The notes beneath the pieces were generated by a model. It made no database searches, had not been told where the DNA came from, and worked only from the letters and a program-made list of their open reading frames with translations. A stretch of 64,000 nucleotides of DNA, taken from positions 1,501,058 through 1,565,057 of the forward strand of contig OX638318.1 of NCBI GenBank assembly GCA_951812585.1, written 5' to 3'. This stretch comes from Rhodothermales bacterium (lineage in GTDB: Bacteria; Bacteroidota; Rhodothermia; Rhodothermales; Bin80). Shown here one piece after another: positions 56,177 to 64,000 of this stretch. How positions within the stretch are numbered: the first letter of the stretch is position 1; each line of letters begins with the position of its first letter. Made by a program: the position numbers and the translations under genes.

Positions 56177-58294
56177 CTAGCCTTCGGCTTCCTTGGCCGC
56201 TTCGGCCACCACCTTGTCTTGGACATTGCGCGGCATGGCCTCGTAGTTGCTGAATGAGGACGTATGTATGCCACGCCCCTGGGTTATCGAGCGCAGGGCG
56301 GTGGAATAGCGGTACAGCTCTGCCTCGGGGACCAGGGCCTTGATCTTTTGCATCATGCCTTCGGCTTCAATGCCCTGGATGCGGGCCCGCCGCGTGTTCA
56401 TGTCTCCCATGACATCGCCCGTGTAGGACTCGGGCACCGTCACCTCCACATTGTGAATCGGCTCGAGGATCACCGGTCGAGCCTGCCTGAAAGCCGCTCG
56501 AAAACACATGCGCGCCGCTGTCTTGAATGCCGCCTCATTGGAGTCCACCGAATGCATGCCCCCGTCAAAGATGACCAGCCGGAGGTTGCCGACAGGGTAC
56601 TTCGCCAGCGGACCCCACTGCATTGCTTCCAGCACCCCCTTCTGAATCGCGCCGAAGAAGCGGCGCATGTCTATCACACCCCCAACGATGCCGTCAATGA
56701 ACTCAATAGTGGAACCCCAGCCCGTCGACACCTGGACCGTCTTGCGCACCGAGATATCGGGACGCTTCTTGAATTCGCCATCCAAGGGTTCTATCAGCAC
56801 GGATATATCCGCGAACTGACCCGCCCCGCCGGTCTGCTTCTTGTGTCGGTAGGAGGCACGCGCTTCGGTCGTTACCGTTTCGCGATACGCAATGCGGGGA
56901 CGTCCAAACTCCACATCCACATTGACCTTGGCCTTGAGCCGGTATTGGGCGACGCGTAGGTGTAATTCGCCTTGGCCGCCGAGGGTCACCTGGCTCAGAT
57001 GCGGATCATGCGCAACGACCAGCGAAGGGTCCTCGGCCGTGATCTGATGCAAGCCCTGCGCCAACTTGTCCTCTTCTCCCTCGTTCGCAGGGCGGATGGA
57101 AGAACGGTAGCGCGGCGCGGGAAACTGGATCGGCGTGATCACGGTGGCGCTGCCCTTGATGCGAAGCGTATTGTTGGTGTGCGTACTGCGAAGCTTGACG
57201 AGAGCACCCAGGTCGCCGGCCACCATCCTGGGCACGGTCTCACGCTCCCGGCCGTTAAGCACATAGAGCTGTCCAAGACGCTCCATGGTGCCCGTCTGCG
57301 CATTCTCGAGGTCCATGCCGTGTTCAATCGTACCTCCATAGGTGCGAAAGAACGAGTAGTCCCCGACATGCTGTTCAGCCATCGTGCGATACACAAAGGC
57401 GACCGGGCTTCCGGACGCGCTCGCTGTGACCGGATCTCCTGAATCTGTCGGCGCTGCGGGCATGTCTATCGGCGAGGGGCAGACGTGCTCAATGAAGCTC
57501 ATCAGTCGCGTCGTGCCCGCATTGGCCGTTGCGACCGTGCAAAATATGGGGAACAGCTCCCGCTCAATCATCGCCGCGCGCAGGCCCCGCCGCATCTCTT
57601 CCTCCGTCAACTCTCCCTCCTCGAAATAACGCTCCATCAGCTCCTCGTCGTTGACCGCAATGTCTTCCACGAGTTTGCTGTGCAGCGCTTCTGCGCGCTC
57701 CATAAACGGCGCAGGTATATCTCCCGCGGTCTGCTTGCCGTCCGCATCATAGGACAGCTGCTTCATTTGCAGGACATCAATGATGACGTTGGTGCCCTGA
57801 CCCGGGAACTGCACGATAGAAGCGCTCGCTCCGAAGCGCCCCATGATCTGTCCGGTCAGCCGGTCCACATCCGCATGCCGGCGGTCGACCTGGTTGATCA
57901 CAAACATGGCGGGGCGCTTGCTGTCGGCGGCGCAGTTCCACGCGAGCTCTGCGCCCACCTCGATGCCATCCTGCGCATTCATGACGAACACCGCCGTGTC
58001 TACCACGCGCATGGCGGCCACGACTTCGCCAATGAAGTCAGGGTAGCCCGGCGTATCAATGATGTTGATCTTGTGCTTTTGCCACTTCGCGTGCAGCAGC
58101 GAGGAGAAGATGGACATCTGCCGCTCCTTTTCGCTAGGGTGGTAATCGCTTACCGTATTTCCCTCGCCGACGGAGCCTAACCGATGCGTGGTGCCGCTGA
58201 CAAACAGCATCGATTCTGCAAGCGAGGTCTTGCCGCTGCCCTGGTGTCCCACCAGTCCGATGTTGCGAATGAATGTCGAGTCAGATCGATTCAT
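56177..58294 (-). CDS. elongation factor G paralog (EF-G2-like GTPase)
   Basis: Start at the ATG at 58294 (MNRSDSTFIRNIGLVGHQGSGKTS). Full five-domain EF-G length (705 aa). Not in an rpsL-rpsG-fusA context, and the G1 motif differs from the canonical AHIDAGKTT. Confidence 0.8.
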   Translation of the reverse strand: MNRSDSTFIRNIGLVGHQGSGKTSLAESMLFVSGTTHRLGSVGEGNTVSDYHPSEKERQMSIFSSLLHAKWQKHKINIIDTPGYPDFIGEVVAAMRVVDTAVFVMNAQDGIEVGAELAWNCAADSKRPAMFVINQVDRRHADVDRLTGQIMGRFGASASIVQFPGQGTNVIIDVLQMKQLSYDADGKQTAGDIPAPFMERAEALHSKLVEDIAVNDEELMERYFEEGELTEEEMRRGLRAAMIERELFPIFCTVATANAGTTRLMSFIEHVCPSPIDMPAAPTDSGDPVTASASGSPVAFVYRTMAEQHVGDYSFFRTYGGTIEHGMDLENAQTGTMERLGQLYVLNGRERETVPRMVAGDLGALVKLRSTHTNNTLRIKGSATVITPIQFPAPRYRSSIRPANEGEEDKLAQGLHQITAEDPSLVVAHDPHLSQVTLGGQGELHLRVAQYRLKAKVNVDVEFGRPRIAYRETVTTEARASYRHKKQTGGAGQFADISVLIEPLDGEFKKRPDISVRKTVQVSTGWGSTIEFIDGIVGGVIDMRRFFGAIQKGVLEAMQWGPLAKYPVGNLRLVIFDGGMHSVDSNEAAFKTAARMCFRAAFRQARPVILEPIHNVEVTVPESYTGDVMGDMNTRRARIQGIEAEGMMQKIKALVPEAELYRYSTALRSITQGRGIHTSSFSNYEAMPRNVQDKVVAEAAKEAEG

Positions 58295-58465
58295 GGTTAC
58301 AGGAGCACCGTAGTTTGAAGCGTGAAAATAGCGCACATTGCCCTAATGCTGACGCGCAGAGGGGTATTTTTGTAGATTATGCACGCTAGCCAACGCCATC
58401 GCCATCTGCGAACCCATCGTTCCCTTGCGGCTTAAAGCGTCGCTGGGTCTATCCCTCACGATCTC

Positions 58466-59314
58466 ATGGCGTGGTTTCAGCGCAAGAAGAAGGGCATCCT
58501 TACCACGCGGAACGATCAAAACAATATTCCAGAGGGTCATTGGGTCAAGTGTCCCAAGTGTGCGTTGATCAACAACCATAGGGAGCTGGATGGCAATGCC
58601 TGGGTCTGCGTAAAGTGCGACTACCACTACCGATTCGGGGCCGGCCGGTACTTTGACCTGCTCTTCGACAACGCAACGTACACGCTGCATGATGCAGATC
58701 TGGTTCCGCAGGATCCATTGTCATTTACGGACCGCAAAGCGTACGCTGACCGTCTGCGGACGGCGGCACAGGAGACCGGCATGAACGACGCTGTGCGTGC
58801 CGCGACCGGCAATGTCGGCGGACATCCCGTCTCCATGGCGGCGATGGATTTCAGCTTCATCGGCGGCTCGATGGGTTCAGTCGTGGGCGAAATTGTTACC
58901 CGCGCCATCAAGCGGGCCGCCGCGCAGCAGATGCCGCTGATCGTGATTTCGCAAAGCGGCGGCGCGCGCATGATGGAGGGCGCGTTAAGCCTCATGCAGA
59001 TGGCCAAGACCAGTGCAAACCTTACGCGGCTGGATCAGATGCGGCTTCCGTACATCTCCGTGCTGACCAATCCGACCACCGGCGGCGTGACCGCTTCGTT
59101 TGCGATGCTGGGCGATATCAACATTGCAGAGCCGGGGGCGCTCATCGGCTTTGCCGGTCCGCGCGTCATCCGCGAAACGATCGGCCAAGATCTGCCGCCC
59201 GGTTTCCAGAGCGCTGAATTCTTGCAAGATCACGGATTTGTTGACATGATCGTGGATCGCCGACAGCTTCGCAGCAGGATTGTTCACCTCTTGGATCTCA
59301 TTCTCGAGCCGTAA
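58466..59314 (+). CDS. accD: acetyl-CoA carboxylase carboxyltransferase beta subunit
   Basis: 282 aa. N-terminal zinc ribbon CPKC...CVKC, then the carboxyltransferase domain (GGSMGSVVGE, SGGARMMEG). Confidence 0.92.
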   Translation: MAWFQRKKKGILTTRNDQNNIPEGHWVKCPKCALINNHRELDGNAWVCVKCDYHYRFGAGRYFDLLFDNATYTLHDADLVPQDPLSFTDRKAYADRLRTAAQETGMNDAVRAATGNVGGHPVSMAAMDFSFIGGSMGSVVGEIVTRAIKRAAAQQMPLIVISQSGGARMMEGALSLMQMAKTSANLTRLDQMRLPYISVLTNPTTGGVTASFAMLGDINIAEPGALIGFAGPRVIRETIGQDLPPGFQSAEFLQDHGFVDMIVDRRQLRSRIVHLLDLILEP

Positions 59315-59328
59315 GCACATCCTTTCCC

Positions 59329-60048
59329 ATGGTTGTCGAGGTGCTGTCCTCGTACGAGGCAGTCAGTGATCGCGCATTTGAAATCTTGGCCACGCGCATT
59401 TGCACGGTGCCGGGCTCTGTCCTAGGTCTGGCAACCGGAAGCACGCCCATAGGTCTGTACCAGCGGCTTGCCGCCGCTGACCTGAACTGGTCGCAAGTGA
59501 AGTCTTTTAATCTGGACGAATACGTCGGGCTCGCGCCCGATCACCCAAAGAGCTATCACCATTTCATGTGGACGCACCTGTTCAGCCAGGTGAACATTCC
59601 GCCAGCCCATGTCTTTATCCCCGATGCTGATGAGGGCGGCGGCGCCTTCGAATCACGCATTGCGGCCGCGGGCGGCATTGATCTGCAGGTACTAGGCCTC
59701 GGCACCAACGGGCATATCGGTTTCAACGAGCCTGGCTCGCGCTTGGACTCGCGCACGCGCCGGGTAGCGCTCTCCGCGCGCACCATCGCCGACAATGCTC
59801 GCTTTTTCGATTCCGTGGCCGATGTGCCCCGGCATGCCCTCACCATGGGCATCGGCACGATTATGCAGGCGCGCGCCATCTTGCTCATGGCATGCGGAGC
59901 GGGCAAGGCCGCTGCCGCGGCGGGCGCACTGGAAGGGCCGGTCACGACCGACCTGCCTGCCTCAGTGCTGCAGCGCCACGCTGAGGTCCATGTGCTCCTT
60001 GACGAGGCTGCCGCCTCACAACTTGGAAGTAATCCACCACCACAGTGA
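59329..60048 (+). CDS. nagB: glucosamine-6-phosphate deaminase
   Basis: 239 aa. LATGSTP, FNLDEY and LGLGTNGHIGFNEPGS motifs. Confidence 0.85.
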   Translation: MVVEVLSSYEAVSDRAFEILATRICTVPGSVLGLATGSTPIGLYQRLAAADLNWSQVKSFNLDEYVGLAPDHPKSYHHFMWTHLFSQVNIPPAHVFIPDADEGGGAFESRIAAAGGIDLQVLGLGTNGHIGFNEPGSRLDSRTRRVALSARTIADNARFFDSVADVPRHALTMGIGTIMQARAILLMACGAGKAAAAAGALEGPVTTDLPASVLQRHAEVHVLLDEAAASQLGSNPPPQ

Positions 60049-61178
60049 TACTGATTCTCAAGCCCAACACGAATCCTGCTTCGGAAGAATACCAGCTGCT
60101 TTTGCGATACCTGGATGCACTCAATGGCGTAGCGCACGAAGTACGCCACATCCAGGGTGCAGAGCAGCGTCTGACAGAGATTTACCTCATTGGGGACACC
60201 AAGCCTCTCTTGATACAGTTCATGCGCGGGCTGCCGTGCGTGCAGCGTGTGGTGCGTGTGCAGGAGGCGTACCGGTTCCTCGGCCGGCATGGCGACGAAG
60301 CCCTGCAGCATGGCTTCACCTACAATGGCGTCACATTCGATCAGGACTGTCTGCATGTATTCGCCGGACTCTGCGCCGTCGACACGCGCAGCAATGTGGA
60401 GGCGATGATGCGGGCCCTGCAGGCAAACAACCAGCAGTGTACGCGCATGGGCGCGTACAAGCCGCGGACTAATCCGTATTCGTTTCAGGGTCATGGGGCC
60501 GCTTGTCTGCCGTACGTCTTTGAGCTCGCAGGCAAGTACGGCATCAAGGTCATCGCCATGGAGGTCACGCACGAATCCCACATCGAGGAAATCAATGAAG
60601 CGCTGGAGCTGACTGGGCAGCCTACCGGCATCATGCTGCAGATAGGCACGCGCAATACGCAGAACTTTGAACTGCTCAAGGCAGCGGGGCGGCAAGAGAC
60701 GCATCCGGTGCTGCTCAAGCGCGGGTTTGGCATCACGCTGAACGAGTCACTCAACGCTGCCGAATACCTGGCCAGCGAGGGCAATCGCAATGTGGTTTTT
60801 GCGCTCCGCGGCATGAAGACGAACCTGGGCGATCCGCATCGCAACTTTGTGGACTTTTCGCATGTGCCGGTGATTCACCGGCTGACGCGCATGCCCGTAT
60901 GCGTGGATCCCTCGCACGCCGTGGGCAGTCGCCACCGCACCCCTGACGGGGTCCTGGACCTGTTGCATGCAACCGCGCAGGGCGTCATTGCCGGTGCCAA
61001 CATCGTGCTGGTGGATTTTCATCCAAGGCCAAGTCAGGCCCTTGTGGATGGCCCCCAAGCTTTGTTGATGTCAGAGCTGCCCACCTTCCTGGAAGATGTG
61101 CACATCGCTCGCAGCGCCTATGAGAAGCGCGTTTCCCTCGTCAAATCGTACCGGCAAGGTCAGGCCGTCGCAGCGTAG
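60045..61178 (+). CDS. 3-deoxy-7-phosphoheptulonate (DAHP) synthase, type I-beta with N-terminal regulatory domain
   Basis: 377 aa with GTG start. GAYKPRTNPYSFQG, LLKRG and VDPSH motifs of the KDO8P/DAHP synthase I-beta family, preceded by a ~90-aa ferredoxin-like domain. Confidence 0.82.
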   Translation: MILILKPNTNPASEEYQLLLRYLDALNGVAHEVRHIQGAEQRLTEIYLIGDTKPLLIQFMRGLPCVQRVVRVQEAYRFLGRHGDEALQHGFTYNGVTFDQDCLHVFAGLCAVDTRSNVEAMMRALQANNQQCTRMGAYKPRTNPYSFQGHGAACLPYVFELAGKYGIKVIAMEVTHESHIEEINEALELTGQPTGIMLQIGTRNTQNFELLKAAGRQETHPVLLKRGFGITLNESLNAAEYLASEGNRNVVFALRGMKTNLGDPHRNFVDFSHVPVIHRLTRMPVCVDPSHAVGSRHRTPDGVLDLLHATAQGVIAGANIVLVDFHPRPSQALVDGPQALLMSELPTFLEDVHIARSAYEKRVSLVKSYRQGQAVAA

Positions 61179-61489
61179 CCCACGATCCATCCGCGTCTCA
61201 GCCCAACTAATTTTGACACCATGCCCCGGTGTACAACCGCAATTGCAAGGAGCGGCGGTTATGAGTCGGTGCCAGCAGCTTCGAGTTGAGCGCCTGCCGC
61301 TCGGCCTGTGCGTGGCGCAAAAGCGCGGCGTTCACGCGATCGGCTGCGTGCGTGGGTCCCTGATGCCCCCGGAGGAGCGCCCGCCAGCATGCCCGGGAGC
61401 AGCAGGATGATTGTGCGGGCGCCATCGCGCGGATGCTGGAACCAGCACGCGTGTCCGGGTGCACGTTGCACCAGCGTGACGCGGGGGTC

Positions 61490-63280
61490 CTATCGCGCCC
61501 GTGAGCATGCATCATGAAGCGCTTCGGCGCGCACGATGAGCGCCTCGATGGCGCGCAGGCCTTGTTGCCAGAAGGCTTTGTCCTGCAAATCGATCCCCAG
61601 CCTGCCGACCAGGACATGCGGCCAGTCGCTGCCGCCTGCCGCCAACAGATCCAGATACCTTGATGGAAAGCCCGCGGGATCTGCCTCGTATAGCGCGTGC
61701 AGCGATAGCACCAAGAGCTCTCCAAAGGCGTAGGCGTAGACGTATCCGGGCGTGTGGAGAAAGTGCGGGATGTAGCTCCACCAGTGGCGGTAGTGATCTC
61801 CCAGTGCAACGCTCCCCTGAAACATCGCCGCCTGCGTCTCCATCCACAGCGCAGCAAACTGATCTGCAGACAACTCGCCCGATTCGCGGCGTGCCGTATG
61901 GATGCGGTCCTCAAAGCGATTCAGCGCCACCTGCCTGAACACCGTCGCGATCGTGTCGTCAACCCTGGACACCAGGAGCGCGAGCTGCGTGCGTGGATCC
62001 GATTCACGCCGCAAAAGCTCCTTGAAGACCACCAGTTCCCCAAAGATCGACGCCGTCTCTGCCGTTGTCAGGGGCGTACGCGCCTGCAACACCCCATGGT
62101 CACGCGACAGGTACTGATGCACGCCATGCCCAAGTTCATGCGCCAGTGTCTGAACGTCGCGGGCCTTGCCGGTGTAGTTCAACAGCACATAGGGATGTGC
62201 GCTCGGCACCGCTCCGTGGCTGTATGCACCGCCCTGCTTTCCAGCCACCACAGGCGCGTCTATCCACTGTCCCGCAAAGAAGCGTTCTGCCACCTGCCCC
62301 ATCCGTGGATGAAAACTGCTGTAGGATTCCAGCACGAGTGCCTTGGCTTCCTCCCAGTGATAGAACGTGTCAGCTTCGGGCAAGGGTGCATAGCGGTCGT
62401 AGTCCTGCAGCGGCGAGTGTCCCAAGAGACGTCCCTTGAGCGCATAGTAGCGGGCCACAAGGTCGTAGCGTTGCGTGACGGCTTCAACAAGGGCATCCGC
62501 CATGTCGTCGCTGATCTCATTGGCCAGGTTGCGGCTTCTGATCCAGTGCGGATAGGCGCGCAGCCGATCACTGGTGGCTTTGTCGGCCAAAAGCGTGTTG
62601 AAAACAAAGGCCAGCGTGTGCGACCGCGCCTTGAGTCCCTCTGTGAAGGCCAAGGCTGCACGCTGGCGCAGATCGCGGTCCGACTCATGGAGTTTCGCCA
62701 GTATGTGCTGCTGCGTCAGCGACGCACCATCGAGCGTGAACCGCAGCCCGCCCATCGTTTCTGTGAAGTACCGCACCCAAGCGCTTCGCCCTGTTACGTC
62801 TCTCTCCACCAGGACCTTCTCCTCAGGTTCTGACAGCACATGGTCCCGATAAAGCCGCTCACGCTCCAGGTAATGCCTGTACCGGTGCAGCGCGGGCGAC
62901 ACCATGAGCGCCTCGGCGCGCGCTTCGTCTATGTGCACCCACTCCAACTCAAAGAACAGCACCGAGCGTGTGATGCGCGTGTAGCTCTCCCTGACCCGCT
63001 GCAACAGCGCACCGCGCTCTGCATCCAGCGTAGCGGTGGACCAGTTCAAATAGGCATAGGTGTGCGCGCGTCCTGCAGTGTCGAGGAGTGATTCCAGCGT
63101 CGCCAGCGCGGCTGCCAAGGAAGCGGCATCAAGCGCCTCGATGCGACCGAGATAGGCTGTGGAAAAGTCCTCCGCAGCCTTCTCCGCCAGGTCCAGGTCT
63201 GCCTGCAACGCCCCCGTATCCGGATAGAGATCGGTCAGGTGCCAGCGAATGTCTTCCGCGCCCGTCTTCGGCTGTACCAT
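61490..63280 (-). CDS. pepF: oligoendopeptidase F (M3B metallopeptidase)
   Basis: Start at the ATG at 63280 (MVQPKTGAEDIRWHLTDLY), 596 aa. Zinc motif HELGHGVH. The longer ORF to 63643 is an upstream artefact. Confidence 0.85.
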   Translation of the reverse strand: MVQPKTGAEDIRWHLTDLYPDTGALQADLDLAEKAAEDFSTAYLGRIEALDAASLAAALATLESLLDTAGRAHTYAYLNWSTATLDAERGALLQRVRESYTRITRSVLFFELEWVHIDEARAEALMVSPALHRYRHYLERERLYRDHVLSEPEEKVLVERDVTGRSAWVRYFTETMGGLRFTLDGASLTQQHILAKLHESDRDLRQRAALAFTEGLKARSHTLAFVFNTLLADKATSDRLRAYPHWIRSRNLANEISDDMADALVEAVTQRYDLVARYYALKGRLLGHSPLQDYDRYAPLPEADTFYHWEEAKALVLESYSSFHPRMGQVAERFFAGQWIDAPVVAGKQGGAYSHGAVPSAHPYVLLNYTGKARDVQTLAHELGHGVHQYLSRDHGVLQARTPLTTAETASIFGELVVFKELLRRESDPRTQLALLVSRVDDTIATVFRQVALNRFEDRIHTARRESGELSADQFAALWMETQAAMFQGSVALGDHYRHWWSYIPHFLHTPGYVYAYAFGELLVLSLHALYEADPAGFPSRYLDLLAAGGSDWPHVLVGRLGIDLQDKAFWQQGLRAIEALIVRAEALHDACSRAR

Positions 63281-63716
63281 ACTCCTCCGTGAAATGTGCC
63301 ACGTAAAACCATAGCGGTCAGGATTTGTTGTCGGGCAGATGGTTGCCCTGGCCGCTTTGAGCGCGCACGGCACCGTGCGCGAAATGGCCGCGCACGCGTC
63401 CAGACCACATTGCCTGAGTCCTGTTGTCGACAGCCCCTGTGCACAGGACAGCACCGAGGGGCTGCTTCCAACAGCGAGTTCGCCGGAACACCTGCCCGGC
63501 ATGAAGGCACACGCATGCACAGCATAATGGCATGGCTGCCATGAATGGTTCGCCTTGGGCAAATGGCCGTAAGCCCGTCTGCGCGGTGGGGGCGCAAAGC
63601 ACGCGGGTGCCTGACCTGCATAGCGCCAAACGATCCCATTCAAAGATTCCCTTCATTGATGTATGTTTGTCCTCGACACCTTCCAGCGCGGCTTGCGCCC
63701 CCAAATAAAAACTTCC

Positions 63717-64000
63717 ATGAAGCTACTCCAGCTGGCATGTCTGGCACTTCTCGCCCCCTCAACGGCCGTGCTGCCGGCTTCAGCCCAGAACGATGTAGCA
63801 CCGAAACCGATCAGTGATTTCACGCTGCAAACGCTGCAAGGCGATTCTTTGCAGCTTTATTCGCTTCGCGGAAACGTGGTGCTGCTCAACCTCTGGGCTA
63901 CGTGGTGTACCCCCTGCCTTGAAGAAATGCCTGACCTCAACACGCTGCACGAGGACCTTGGTGCGGACGGCCTGGTCGTGGTGGGCCTTTCAGTCGACAA
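63717..64000 (+). CDS. TlpA/ResA-like thiol:disulfide oxidoreductase (partial, runs off the window)
   Basis: Translated by hand: MKLLQLACLALLAPSTAVLPASAQ... then VVLLNLWATWCTPCLEEMP (WCxxC thioredoxin-fold motif). Confidence 0.75.
   Translation, partial: MKLLQLACLALLAPSTAVLPASAQNDVAPKPISDFTLQTLQGDSLQLYSLRGNVVLLNLWATWCTPCLEEMPDLNTLHEDLGADGLVVVGLSVD

Noticed and set aside
63281-63643. Upstream extension of the pepF ORF (717 aa in the track).
   Set aside because: The extension is Cys/Arg/Ala-rich with no M3 peptidase similarity. The typical PepF N-terminus begins at the ATG at 63280.
1-64000. Search for CRISPR arrays, rRNA genes, and retron, DGR or toxin-antitoxin style modules.
   Set aside because: I saw no regularly spaced direct repeats and no rRNA-like conserved blocks. 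No ORF has reverse-transcriptase, Cas or typical toxin motifs. The only multi-copy sequences are the IS elements.

Overview
High-GC bacterial chromosome segment (most genes look above 60% G+C by eye) that spans the replication-origin region. Two secreted proteins carry type IX secretion (T9SS) C-terminal sorting domains, which suggests a Bacteroidota/Rhodothermota-like organism. Core content: coaBC-gmk, a tRNA-Ser, frr-pyrH-tsf-rpsB, rpsI-rplM and dnaN-dnaA, all on the minus strand. A ~790 bp non-coding gap follows, with DnaA boxes and an AT-rich stretch (candidate oriC). To its right, on the plus strand, lie yceD-rpmF-plsX-fabH-fabD-fabG, a DEAD-box helicase, rpmH-rnpA-yidC-mnmE-mnmG-rsmG and a WYL-domain regulator. 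Further right are mfd, murQ, recF, an envelope/lipid-type cluster (membrane protein, DUF3047-like, MMPL/RND, TPR, two GT4 glycosyltransferases), uvrA, an EF-G paralog, accD, nagB, a DAHP synthase, pepF and a partial TlpA-like gene. Two parS sites lie at 30.8 and 35.7 kb. The accessory content is dominated by four IS1595-family (ISXO2-like) elements, one divergent (A) and three near-identical (B, D, E). Every transposase reading frame is broken, and B, D and E share the same 1-nt insertion. All four copies nonetheless keep an intact 62-63 aa ORF downstream of the transposase. Copies D and E plus 1.6 kb of lower-GC cargo are flanked by an identical 7-bp direct repeat, which fits a composite transposon. 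Copies A and B bracket a second lower-GC patch holding a T9SS cargo gene and an IS66 remnant. A ~70 nt copy of the dnaA start region sits about 285 bp upstream of dnaA. I found no CRISPR array, rRNA gene or recognisable defence system. All calls rest on reading the ORF track and sequence by eye, with no database search.
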